A stretch of 64,000 bases of DNA from an uncultured bacterium. GTDB taxonomy: Bacteria > Fermentibacterota > Fermentibacteria > Fermentibacterales > JCC-6. The notes beneath the pieces were generated by a model. That model was not told where the DNA came from and made no database searches. It saw only the letters and a program-made list of their open reading frames with translations. Shown here piece after piece: positions 9,824 to 18,983 of this stretch (positions within the stretch are counted from its first letter, which is position 1; each line of letters opens with the position of its first letter). The stretch covers positions 36,534 to 100,533 of the forward strand of contig CAYRQP010000007.1 of assembly GCA_964426545.1 (NCBI GenBank), read 5' to 3'. A program made the translations under genes and the position numbers.

Positions 9824-10969
9824 ATGCGGAAAATCCGTGTTGGTTTCGTTATATCAACATTGAACAGGGGCGGGGCTGAAGGAAAACTGGTTGCTGTTGC
9901 AAACGGTCTCGACAGGGAAAGGTATGAAGCTGGTGTATATATCCTGAAGACAGGACCTTTGAAAGAACTACTCACAGTTCCGTACCGGGATAATCTGATT
10001 CCCAATAAATACAGCATAGCAGGATTTGCGGAACTCGTCCGGTCTTTCAAGAAGGACAAACTGGATATTGTCTGGCTGGTGGGGACCGGTGATACAGGTT
10101 TTTTTGGAAGGATTGCCGCGAAACTGGCGGGAGTTTCACATGTTATAGTTAGCCTTCATGCGACGGACAGGCCGGGAAAACCCACAATAGACACAACTAA
10201 CCGGTACTTGAATGAGATAAACTGCCTGACGGACAGGTTTGTTGCTGTTGCAGAAACTCACCGGACTCACCTGATACAAACAGAACACATAGATCCTGCT
10301 AAAATAATCTATATTCACAACGGAGTGGACGTTTCAGTATTTCATCCAACGATACCGGGCAAAGACAAAACAACAGAAGACGATTTTGGAGTTCCGGAGA
10401 ACGTTCCGGTTATTGGAATACTGGCACGATTCAAACCCGAAAAAAGACATGATGTCTTTCTAAAGGCGGGTAGAATCCTTCTGCAGACATATCCGGATCT
10501 TAAATTGATGATAGTGGGGGATGGGCTGAATAGGGAATCTGTTGAAAAGATGACAGATGATCTTGGTCTCAGGGACAATGTGATTTTTACAGGCGGACTC
10601 GATGATGTTCTTCCTGCAATTCACAGGATGACAGTATCTGTACTTTGTTCGGATACAGAGGCATTCCCGAACGCCGTGCTTGAATCTATGGCTGCCGGCG
10701 TACCTGTAGTAGCAACTGATGTGGGCTCTGTACGTGAAGCTGTAAAGAACAGGGAAAATGGAATGCTCATACAGAAAGGAAGTCCGGAACATGTGGCTGA
10801 GGCCGTTGCTCTGCTTCTTGAAAGTGATACTCTGCGGAAGTCCGTGATACATGAAGGACTGAAAACGGTATCGGACCGATTCTCACTAAGGCAGATGATT
10901 CGCAGGCGCGAAGAACTATTCGAAGAACTGCTTAACGGAGACAAGAGAAGATTGGATTCCTTTGAATAA
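9824..10969 (+). CDS. glycosyltransferase family 4
   Basis: MRKIRVGFVISTLNRGGAEG N-terminus and C-terminal EAFPNAVLESMAAGVPVVATDVG. Start chosen at the ATG with an aaagga RBS-like sequence. Confidence 0.65.
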   Translation: MRKIRVGFVISTLNRGGAEGKLVAVANGLDRERYEAGVYILKTGPLKELLTVPYRDNLIPNKYSIAGFAELVRSFKKDKLDIVWLVGTGDTGFFGRIAAKLAGVSHVIVSLHATDRPGKPTIDTTNRYLNEINCLTDRFVAVAETHRTHLIQTEHIDPAKIIYIHNGVDVSVFHPTIPGKDKTTEDDFGVPENVPVIGILARFKPEKRHDVFLKAGRILLQTYPDLKLMIVGDGLNRESVEKMTDDLGLRDNVIFTGGLDDVLPAIHRMTVSVLCSDTEAFPNAVLESMAAGVPVVATDVGSVREAVKNRENGMLIQKGSPEHVAEAVALLLESDTLRKSVIHEGLKTVSDRFSLRQMIRRREELFEELLNGDKRRLDSFE

Positions 10970-11918
10970 CATATGGAAAGGAAAACGGGTGCTTATAACA
11001 GGCGGAGCCGGTTTTATCGGGTTCCACCTGTTCCGTAAACTGATTGGAAAGGGTTCTCTTGTCGATATCATCGATAAGAGAATTCCGGCGTGGCCTGTAG
11101 ATGAGTTTGACGCTGATTACACTTTGTATTTCGCCATCGACATAATCGGTGAGGATTTTACAGCATATCTGCGAAAAACCGACTATGACTATATATTCCA
11201 TTTGGCGGGAAGTGCCTCTGTTCAACTCTCGGTGAAAAGACCATTTACTGATTTCGAAACCAATTTGAGGGGTACGCTTAATCTGCTCGAGACACTGCGG
11301 ACGGTAGATTATCTGCCTAAATTGATTTATCTGTCCTCCGCGGCAGTATACGGAAATCCTGTCAGGTCACCGATAAGTGAAGAAGATGCAACCGTGCCAA
11401 TTTCACCATATGGTATTAGTAAACTTGCAGCAGAACGGTATCTTCATGTTTACAGCGAGATTCATGGGCTGCCGGCTGTGTCAGTCAGACCTTTTTCAGT
11501 ATATGGGCCGGGGCAGGGAAAGCAGGTAGTTTTCGACATAATCAGGAAAATCGAAAACAATCCCAAAAAACTGGAGTTATTTGGAACAGGTATGGAAGCC
11601 CGGGATTTCATCTACATTTCCGATATTGTGGATGCTCTTCTAATAGTCGCTGAAAAGAGCAACATGACGGGTGAAGTCTATAATCTTGCATCCGGAAAAT
11701 CGGTAGAGATATCTGAAATAGCGGAAGAAATTTGTCGGATTACAGGTGTTTCTCCCCAAATGGAGTACAAGGGATCTGTACGTCCGGGAGTTCCACTCGT
11801 CTGGGAAGCGAATATTGGTAAACTCAAAGCACTGGGATTCCGGCCGGCTATAGAAATGCATGAAGGACTGAGAAAGACCATAGAGTGGTTCATCGAAACG
11901 AAGACAGACAGAAGATGA
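10962..11918 (+). CDS. NAD-dependent epimerase/dehydratase (SDR, UDP-sugar epimerase-like)
   Basis: Rossmann motif GGAGFIGFHL and catalytic YGISKLAAE (YxxxK). Confidence 0.75.
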   Translation: MNNIWKGKRVLITGGAGFIGFHLFRKLIGKGSLVDIIDKRIPAWPVDEFDADYTLYFAIDIIGEDFTAYLRKTDYDYIFHLAGSASVQLSVKRPFTDFETNLRGTLNLLETLRTVDYLPKLIYLSSAAVYGNPVRSPISEEDATVPISPYGISKLAAERYLHVYSEIHGLPAVSVRPFSVYGPGQGKQVVFDIIRKIENNPKKLELFGTGMEARDFIYISDIVDALLIVAEKSNMTGEVYNLASGKSVEISEIAEEICRITGVSPQMEYKGSVRPGVPLVWEANIGKLKALGFRPAIEMHEGLRKTIEWFIETKTDRR

Positions 11919-13021
11919 AAGTTCTCCTGGTAGGTCCCGTTCATAAATTCGGCGGAGTAACACGTTATGTAAAGGACCTTCTTGCGTCTTCTCCGGACTT
12001 TATCCCTTTCAATACCGGAAGACCCGAGAAGAAGAAAATTCGTGCAGGGACAGGATATGTCGAAGCATTCAACACAGATACTTCAAGGGTAGTTAAAGGC
12101 ATATTCGTGACTCTATGTAATTTTCTGAGATTTCCATTAGTTCTCTTAAATAGCGGTGCCGGAATTGTCCACATATGCGGAGTCAGTTTTTTTCCTTTCT
12201 GGGAAAATACCTATTACATGGCAGTGTCACGTATTTTAGATAAAAAAGTTACGTTGCATTATCTTGGAGCATTCGACCAGTTTTATGAACCGGCAGGCAA
12301 ATTTCACAAATATCTCATTCGTTCTGTTTTGCAGATTCCTGACAGAATTATGCTCCTTTCAGAAAAAGTGAAGAGATTATCAGCGGAATTCATTCCGGAA
12401 GACAGACTGAGTGTATTGCCCAGCTCGGTTGATACCGATAAATTCAATGCTCCTGACAGGCTTTTTCCGGCACCTCCTGCGAAAATCAGAATCTTGTTTG
12501 TAGGCGGACTCGATCCATTTAGAAAAGGTATCTATGATCTGCTTGAATCTGTCAGTATGGTCACAGAGAAATACCCTCATGTGAGATTAGTGCTTACGGG
12601 TGGTGGTAGTTTCGAAGAAATTGAAAAGAAGTGGGAAAAAATGGGTTTGGATGGATGTATAGAGTTCATCGGCTGGGTCGCTGATGAAAAACTGCCCGAA
12701 CTCTACGCGTCCTGTGATGTTCTGGCACTTCCTTCGTATAATGAGGGCCTTCCATATGTGATTATCGAAGCACTTTCATCCGGATTACCAATGATAGGCA
12801 GTAATGTGGGCGGAATACCGGAAGTCATAAGTGACGGAGAGAACGGTTACATAATAACACCCGGTGACGTAGAAATGCTGACTGAGAGACTGCTTGAACT
12901 TCTTAAAGACGCTGATATCAGAAAAAGAATGAGCGCGAACAATAGGAAAAGGGCAGTTCGATTTTATTCTATTGACCATGTAATGAAAGAATTGCAGAGA
13001 AATTTCTCAGAGATAGTATAA
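11915..13021 (+). CDS. glycosyltransferase family 4
   Basis: MKVLLVGPVHKFGGVTRY and C-terminal EGLPYVIIEALSSGLPMIGSNVGGIPEV. ATGA overlap with the upstream stop. Confidence 0.65.
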   Translation: MKVLLVGPVHKFGGVTRYVKDLLASSPDFIPFNTGRPEKKKIRAGTGYVEAFNTDTSRVVKGIFVTLCNFLRFPLVLLNSGAGIVHICGVSFFPFWENTYYMAVSRILDKKVTLHYLGAFDQFYEPAGKFHKYLIRSVLQIPDRIMLLSEKVKRLSAEFIPEDRLSVLPSSVDTDKFNAPDRLFPAPPAKIRILFVGGLDPFRKGIYDLLESVSMVTEKYPHVRLVLTGGGSFEEIEKKWEKMGLDGCIEFIGWVADEKLPELYASCDVLALPSYNEGLPYVIIEALSSGLPMIGSNVGGIPEVISDGENGYIITPGDVEMLTERLLELLKDADIRKRMSANNRKRAVRFYSIDHVMKELQRNFSEIV

Positions 13022-13060
13022 ACTGCAGACTTTCAGTTTTCTGAAAGTGGGGAGATGAAT

Positions 13061-14467
13061 ATGAGTAGCCCGGACAGATTCTACTCAGTTTACAAACATC
13101 TGCCGGTTTTTCTTCAAAATGCGATAGTGAGTATCAAAAGCGGTAGACGCTGGAAGCATGAAAACAGCAGACAGTTTCAATCTATTGTGGAAGAGCTGCT
13201 CAGAATTCAGTATGCATCGAGCGAAGAAATTCTCGAATACAGAAAAAACAAACTGGGTGCAGTTCTTAAAGCTGCGGCAAAAACAGAATATTACAGAAGA
13301 GAACTTCCCGAGGATGAGATAATAGAGAAAGAACCATTTGCTGTATTAGCGGATATTCCTGTGCTGGAACGTGAAGAGGTCAGAAACAACTTCAGAAAGT
13401 TCATCAACCCGCTGTACACAGACAAAATGATGAAACATGGAACAAGCGGGACAACAGGTACTCCTCTGCAGGTTATGTGGACAGAAGAGAGCATGGATAT
13501 GGAAAGAGCACTCATCTGGAGACAGAGAAGAGTCACAGGACTTTCTTTTGGAGAAGCCTGGAGGGGTATGCTCGGCGGTCATAAGATAGTACCGCTTAGT
13601 GTAACCGCTGCTCCTTTCTGGAGAACAAACAGGAAAGCAAAACAGGTATATTTTTCTACATTCCACATAAGCCCGGACGCAGCGGGGGACTACCGCGAAG
13701 GACTCGATAAATATGATATCGAATATCTCGAAGGTTATCCATCTGTTTTATATGCTCTGGCTCTTGCTCTTGATTCCGCAGATATCAGGTATAGACTCAA
13801 GGGAATCTATTATGGAGCCGAACCGCTCAGGGAATTCCAGAGAGAATTAATTGAAAAAGTATTTGAAACCTATGTCTGGGATTATTACGGATTGACTGAA
13901 AGGGTAGCCTCGGCAAGTGAATATGAATGCCGGAACGGACTTCATGAGAACTGGGAAAACTGCTTTCCGGAAGTGGTGGATAAAAAAGGTTGCCTTCTCG
14001 ATGACGGGCAATATGGAGAACTCGCAGGGACTTCTTTTTCAAATTTGGGGTTCCCGCTTCTCAGGTATAGAACAGGGGATATGACGCGGATCATTCCGGG
14101 AAAATGTACATGCCGGCGGGATTCGAGGAGAATAGCACCTATCGATACCAAACGGGAAGACCTTCTTATTATGCCGGACGGAAGTTATCTGTCAGCTTCC
14201 AACATGACCTATCCGTTTAAGGAAGTAGGACATATAAAGTTATCACAGATATATCAGGGACAGAGGAATCTCATAGAAGTCAGGGTCGTACCTGACAGTG
14301 ATTACAGAGAAGAGGATGGAATTGCTCTTGCCGGGAAACTTAAAAAGCTGCTTCCCGCTGAAGTAAGCGTAAAGATAGAACTTGTCGATGATATACCTAA
14401 AACAGCCTCAGGCAAATATGCGTTCTGTATATGCGCGATTAAAGAACTTCCCCCAGAAGAAGATTAG
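13061..14467 (+). CDS. CapK-like adenylate-forming enzyme (phenylacetate-CoA ligase / coenzyme F390 synthetase family)
   Basis: AMP-binding P-loop-like TSGTTGTP and the overall PaaK-like layout. Start chosen at the second ATG, which has a GGGGAG RBS. Confidence 0.6.
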   Translation: MSSPDRFYSVYKHLPVFLQNAIVSIKSGRRWKHENSRQFQSIVEELLRIQYASSEEILEYRKNKLGAVLKAAAKTEYYRRELPEDEIIEKEPFAVLADIPVLEREEVRNNFRKFINPLYTDKMMKHGTSGTTGTPLQVMWTEESMDMERALIWRQRRVTGLSFGEAWRGMLGGHKIVPLSVTAAPFWRTNRKAKQVYFSTFHISPDAAGDYREGLDKYDIEYLEGYPSVLYALALALDSADIRYRLKGIYYGAEPLREFQRELIEKVFETYVWDYYGLTERVASASEYECRNGLHENWENCFPEVVDKKGCLLDDGQYGELAGTSFSNLGFPLLRYRTGDMTRIIPGKCTCRRDSRRIAPIDTKREDLLIMPDGSYLSASNMTYPFKEVGHIKLSQIYQGQRNLIEVRVVPDSDYREEDGIALAGKLKKLLPAEVSVKIELVDDIPKTASGKYAFCICAIKELPPEED

Positions 14468-15464
14468 AAATAAAATTCAGAGTGCTTTCGGATTTACAAG
14501 AATCCCGCCTTTTCGTCCTCAGACCCGCAGAAAGCGTTTCTTCAACAGAGCCGGCATCCCGCATGAGAACAAGCCTTCCGTCTTTCTCGAGTTTTGAGTC
14601 AACCCGCCCCTGTTTCCCGCAGAAGAAGCTGATAGAGGGAATTCCCATAATAGCGGCTTCTCGGGTCATTGTACCGCCCCCGCCTATTACAAGGTCACAT
14701 AAGTCGATGAGCGTTGGTCCGGAGTATACTTTGGATGGGACAATGACATCAGCCTTTGAACCTCTTTCTATCAGACTGTTCTGTTGTTCGTTTCTCGGAA
14801 TCCAGATTATTTGAACATCGTCTCTTGCCAACAGCACCTTCAGAATTTCCCCGAGGACTGTATCTGCTTCCGGAAAATGATAATGAGCTGTTGCGGCAGG
14901 CGGTCTCAGCAGAATTTTCTTCTTATCTGCCTCCAGCCCCAATTCAGCAGCGACAGAAATATCTGTTTCGATGTTTCCGATGTAAAGATTTTCCTTATAA
15001 CCCGGATATTTAGACACTTTGGATAATGATATTCCGGCATCTTTGCATCTATTGTCGTCGATTGCGTCGGGAAGCAGAATCTTAGTGCAGAATCGATTGA
15101 AAAGATAAGGATTCACCCATTCATAATCGTACATTGTTATCGACGGAATGCCGAGTATCCGTGAAGCGATGGGGAGAGCCCGTGAACCGTGTCCAAAGGA
15201 GAGAACTACTTCACTACCGCGCATGGCAGCGGCAAGTTTTACGGCGCGCACTAATGTCCCGGAGACTTTTCCCAACATACCCGCGCCGTATACCCCGCCA
15301 ATCTTAATGTAGTTCAACCCGAACATATCCAGGAGTTCACAGGTGGAAGAACGGTCCCTGGCTGTAAAGATGACATCATGTCCGCGTTTCCTTATCTCTT
15401 CGGCAATTGGCTTCATTACAAGGATATGGGGAGCATTATCCGCATCAAACCAGATTTTCATCAT
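14439..15464 (-). CDS. DUF354-like GT-B fold protein (putative glycosyltransferase/epimerase-like)
   Basis: N-terminus MKIWFDADNAPHILVMKPIAEEIRKRGHDV is characteristic of DUF354. C-terminal GGGGTMTREAAIMGIPSI. Confidence 0.5.
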   Translation of the reverse strand: MMKIWFDADNAPHILVMKPIAEEIRKRGHDVIFTARDRSSTCELLDMFGLNYIKIGGVYGAGMLGKVSGTLVRAVKLAAAMRGSEVVLSFGHGSRALPIASRILGIPSITMYDYEWVNPYLFNRFCTKILLPDAIDDNRCKDAGISLSKVSKYPGYKENLYIGNIETDISVAAELGLEADKKKILLRPPAATAHYHFPEADTVLGEILKVLLARDDVQIIWIPRNEQQNSLIERGSKADVIVPSKVYSGPTLIDLCDLVIGGGGTMTREAAIMGIPSISFFCGKQGRVDSKLEKDGRLVLMRDAGSVEETLSAGLRTKRRDSCKSESTLNFISNLLLGEVL

Positions 15465-16683
15465 TACCCTTCAAATAAAGACAAAGAGCCCTGAACATCC
15501 ATGCCTGCGACCATCGCATATGAACTACCGGATTCTTGTGCCATCTATGCCTTTGAAAAATAAAGCCACTCTTTACTTCATCCCACAGGAAATCTATACC
15601 CTTATTCAGAATTCTTTTCGCCGTTTCTCTACCATCCGGATAATAGTCTGTGAGTTTCAGAAAGGTGATTGCTCCCTGCGCAAAAGAATGAGGATCCAGG
15701 GGATATTTTCTTGTTGCATAGTACTTTGCCGTTCCGTCAGGTTCGAAGAGAACATCCCGATAATAACTCAAGCCCGATGTAATACAGTCATCCCATTTGG
15801 AAGTGCCAAGGAGCTTTGAAATGTCGGCGAGTGATTCGAGAATAAATCCTGTATGCAGATTATCGATCCATTGCCAGTGTTCGTCTTCGCCGTAAAACCA
15901 GCTTCCGTCATCATTCTGTCTGGCAATGACATACTCTACTGCCTTCTGCGCAAGTGCAGTCCACTCTTTCCTGTTTTCTTCAGAATATTGTGCAGCATTG
16001 GCAAGTATTTTCGCCCCGAAGAGGGAAGCGTTGAAGACCCTTGTTCTGTCATCCGGTGAGTAACTGAAGCAGATTCCGGTATCATCTTCGTAACGTTTTA
16101 AAGAACGGGTAACGAATTGCGCCGAAGCCCCTGCAATAATTGAAACCGCAGGATTGGCTGAGTCTGATAATGAATCAAGAACAAAATTAGTGCAGACAAC
16201 AGTAGGGAACCATGCCGGCTGCAGAAATGCTCTGCTTTGCCAGGGAAAACTATAGCCCCAGCCCAGAGATAGGACACTGATGTTTTCTGCTATTCCTGCT
16301 ACAATACCGCTGATCGGCTTTCTGTTCTTTACAAAGGCGGCAGAACCATCCGTTTTAGAAGCCATCGAGAGAAGAGAATCTCCTAATACTTCTTTCAGTT
16401 CTCCTGACTTGTCTATTTCAGGGAAATCACTGATACCGGAGAGGAAGAGAGCAAGCCCTTTCGGGTTGGTTATGTCCCGTATGCGAAGGAATGGTCTTAA
16501 ATTCAGGGGACATCGTTTAACAAGCTGGATTAAAGCAAGGCGAAATAAGCGAGAGCGTCTTATGAAGGGAGAGAGCAGTTTACTGTTCAAGCCGTCGTAT
16601 GGATCACTTCCACGGAAATTATCGTGAATTGCGCTTTTTAGAATAACCCCGGCTATTGTCCGGAAACGCTTGCTGCTGTTCAC
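15445..16683 (-). CDS. hypothetical protein, possibly an (alpha/alpha)6 toroid-like domain (heparinase II/III- or C5-epimerase-like)
   Basis: QNDDGSWFYGEDEHWQWIDNLHTGFILESL resembles alpha/alpha-toroid carbohydrate-enzyme helices. No firm family assignment. Confidence 0.35.
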   Translation of the reverse strand: MNSSKRFRTIAGVILKSAIHDNFRGSDPYDGLNSKLLSPFIRRSRLFRLALIQLVKRCPLNLRPFLRIRDITNPKGLALFLSGISDFPEIDKSGELKEVLGDSLLSMASKTDGSAAFVKNRKPISGIVAGIAENISVLSLGWGYSFPWQSRAFLQPAWFPTVVCTNFVLDSLSDSANPAVSIIAGASAQFVTRSLKRYEDDTGICFSYSPDDRTRVFNASLFGAKILANAAQYSEENRKEWTALAQKAVEYVIARQNDDGSWFYGEDEHWQWIDNLHTGFILESLADISKLLGTSKWDDCITSGLSYYRDVLFEPDGTAKYYATRKYPLDPHSFAQGAITFLKLTDYYPDGRETAKRILNKGIDFLWDEVKSGFIFQRHRWHKNPVVHMRWSQAWMFRALCLYLKGNDENLV

Positions 16684-16686
16684 AGT

Positions 16687-18870
16687 TTAATCTCCAATGA
16701 ACTCCTTTATATCGATAACTTCAGGATTTCCGGACTCTAAACTTTTCAAGGTTATGAAAGTTGCCAGAGTTGTCGAAATCAGCGACTCCGGTGAAATGGG
16801 ACAATTACCGGAGGAAAGAGCTGAAATGAACGCTGACATTTCTTCCGCATGTCCCTTACCGGAGAACTTGCCTGTCCGTTTACGATTCCCATAGAATTCC
16901 AGACGGTTGAAATTATCGATTACCCCTGAATTACCTGCTCCCAGAACTTCGAAACGTTCTTTCGGCATGCTTTTGGAGCCTTCTGAAAAATAACTGACGG
17001 ATCCGATCGAACCATCGCTGAAACGCAATGTAATGATAACATTGTCCTCGTTCACGAGGGAACTGTCATCTGAAGAAATGCATTTCGCAAAAACCTCGAC
17101 CGGAAGTGCTTCACAGAAAAACTGCATCAGGTCGATGAAATGACAGACTTCACCGATTATCCTGCCGCCGCCTTCTTCAGAGCCCTGTATCCAGTGTTCT
17201 TTAGGTATATGTCCGGCGTTGACGCGGTACATCATACAGAGGGGAGCGGTCTTTACACCCATATATTTTTTTAACTTGACGGCAGCTTTCGAAAATCTTC
17301 GGTTGAAACCAACCTGAAGCAGAGGAGGTTTGTCAGCGGTTTTAAGAATAGAAGCTATCTCAGTCAGCTGTTCTGTCGTAAGACAAAGCGGCTTTTCAAC
17401 AAATACAGCCTTTCCGGCTTTTAAACACTCGATAACTGCCGGTGCATGCATATCATGTCTTGTGGAAACAACTATTGCATCTGTTTCTTTATCCGAAACA
17501 AGTTCGTCCAGTGTGGCAACAGCCCTGCAGGCATCCTGCTTTCTAGCGGTAGCTGCAGCAGTCAACCCGGATTGAGTGCAGATTGCGGAAAAGTAAGTTT
17601 TCTTGTTCTGTTTGAGAGGCGGGATGAGAAATGTCTGTGCGAAAGAACCCGCTCCAAAAAAACCTATTCCAATGCGTTCCTTCTTGATAGGAGACACTGT
17701 TGTTATGTCAACGGTCCGGATTCTCTCTATGGAATTCGGATAGGAAAGCAGCATACCGCAGTAATACTCTGCTCCGTTTCCTATCAATTCATAGAGTTCC
17801 GGAGCTTTATCGAATTCTCTTCTGTGGGTAATGAGTTTTAACGGGTCGACACCGCCTGATGCCATCAGATCGAGGATGGCTTCAAGGTTTCTTCCCTCAG
17901 TCCACCTTACATAAGCAGCCGGATAGTCATATCCGCCTTCCTCATAGAGCGGGTCATACCGGCCCGGACCATATGAGCACGAAACGGTAAAGGATATTTC
18001 CTTTCTGTAATACGGTTCTCTCGGAATATCCATGCCGACAGCACCGACGACAACGACACGTCCTTTCTTCCTGGTAATTCTACCTGCAAGTTCGATTGGC
18101 TGGTTACTTGAAGTTCCCGCACAGACAATAACCAGATCGGCACCCCGTCCTCTTGTAAAATCAGAAACACCGGCTTCAACACTATCACTGTCGGTTACAA
18201 AGGCAATGCCTGCACTTCCTGCCTTTAGAGCCAGGGCAGATGCTTCCCCTGAAATATCCACACCTGCTACTCTGCATCCATTCGACTTCAGTATCTGGCA
18301 GGCAAGTTGTCCAATTATCCCCAGACCTATTACTACAGCAGTTTCTCCTACTGTGGGAGCCGCTATTCTTATTCCCTGAAGTGCTATTGCTCCAAGGGTT
18401 GCAAAGGAAGCCGTATCAGGGCTTACCCCGGATGGAATCTTAACAGTGAGATTTACCGGAATTACTGTCTGGTCCGCATGATTCGCATATCCGCCGCCCG
18501 CACATGCCACTTGATCACCAATTTCAAAACCGGTGACATCATTACCGATCTCTATTATTTCTCCAGCTGTACTGTATCCAAGGGGCTGAGCACCCTCCAG
18601 TTTAGAACGGACTTTTCTTATTGTATTCTGAAGGCCGAGAGATTTTACCATCTGAATAGCCTGCATTGCCTGTTCAGGTTTTGCTTTTGCTTTACCAATC
18701 AGCGATTTTTTGCCCGTTATTATTTTTCCGCCTTCGGTACCGGGGCTAATGGCTGAGTATAAAGTTCTTACCCGAACACATTTAGCAGGGAGGTTTGGGT
18801 CGGGGGCTGTAATTATTTCAACAGAACCGTCACTTAATCTCTGTCCTAATATTTTCACTCGTTTCTCCAT
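16687..18870 (-). CDS. bi-domain oxidoreductase: N-terminal zinc-type alcohol dehydrogenase (MDR) fused to C-terminal Gfo/Idh/MocA NAD(P)-binding oxidoreductase
   Basis: MDR Rossmann GLGIIGQLACQ with Zn-ADH-like GDQVACAGGGYANHA, followed by Gfo/Idh/MocA IGIGFFGAGSFAQ and EKPLCLT. Confidence 0.7.
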   Translation of the reverse strand: MEKRVKILGQRLSDGSVEIITAPDPNLPAKCVRVRTLYSAISPGTEGGKIITGKKSLIGKAKAKPEQAMQAIQMVKSLGLQNTIRKVRSKLEGAQPLGYSTAGEIIEIGNDVTGFEIGDQVACAGGGYANHADQTVIPVNLTVKIPSGVSPDTASFATLGAIALQGIRIAAPTVGETAVVIGLGIIGQLACQILKSNGCRVAGVDISGEASALALKAGSAGIAFVTDSDSVEAGVSDFTRGRGADLVIVCAGTSSNQPIELAGRITRKKGRVVVVGAVGMDIPREPYYRKEISFTVSCSYGPGRYDPLYEEGGYDYPAAYVRWTEGRNLEAILDLMASGGVDPLKLITHRREFDKAPELYELIGNGAEYYCGMLLSYPNSIERIRTVDITTVSPIKKERIGIGFFGAGSFAQTFLIPPLKQNKKTYFSAICTQSGLTAAATARKQDACRAVATLDELVSDKETDAIVVSTRHDMHAPAVIECLKAGKAVFVEKPLCLTTEQLTEIASILKTADKPPLLQVGFNRRFSKAAVKLKKYMGVKTAPLCMMYRVNAGHIPKEHWIQGSEEGGGRIIGEVCHFIDLMQFFCEALPVEVFAKCISSDDSSLVNEDNVIITLRFSDGSIGSVSYFSEGSKSMPKERFEVLGAGNSGVIDNFNRLEFYGNRKRTGKFSGKGHAEEMSAFISALSSGNCPISPESLISTTLATFITLKSLESGNPEVIDIKEFIGD

Positions 18871-18983
18871 TCAATCTCAATTAGCAATCTTTTAGTATAT
18901 TTGAAAACTTTAACGAATATACTAAATGTGTCTGGCAATACTTATAGAAAATTAGACTCGTACGAAACAAGCCACGGAGTAGA

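Noticed and set aside
14482-15013. Plus-strand ORFs (110 aa, 85 aa, 80 aa) inside the DUF354 gene
   Set aside because: They lie antisense to a conserved-looking DUF354 protein and have no motifs.
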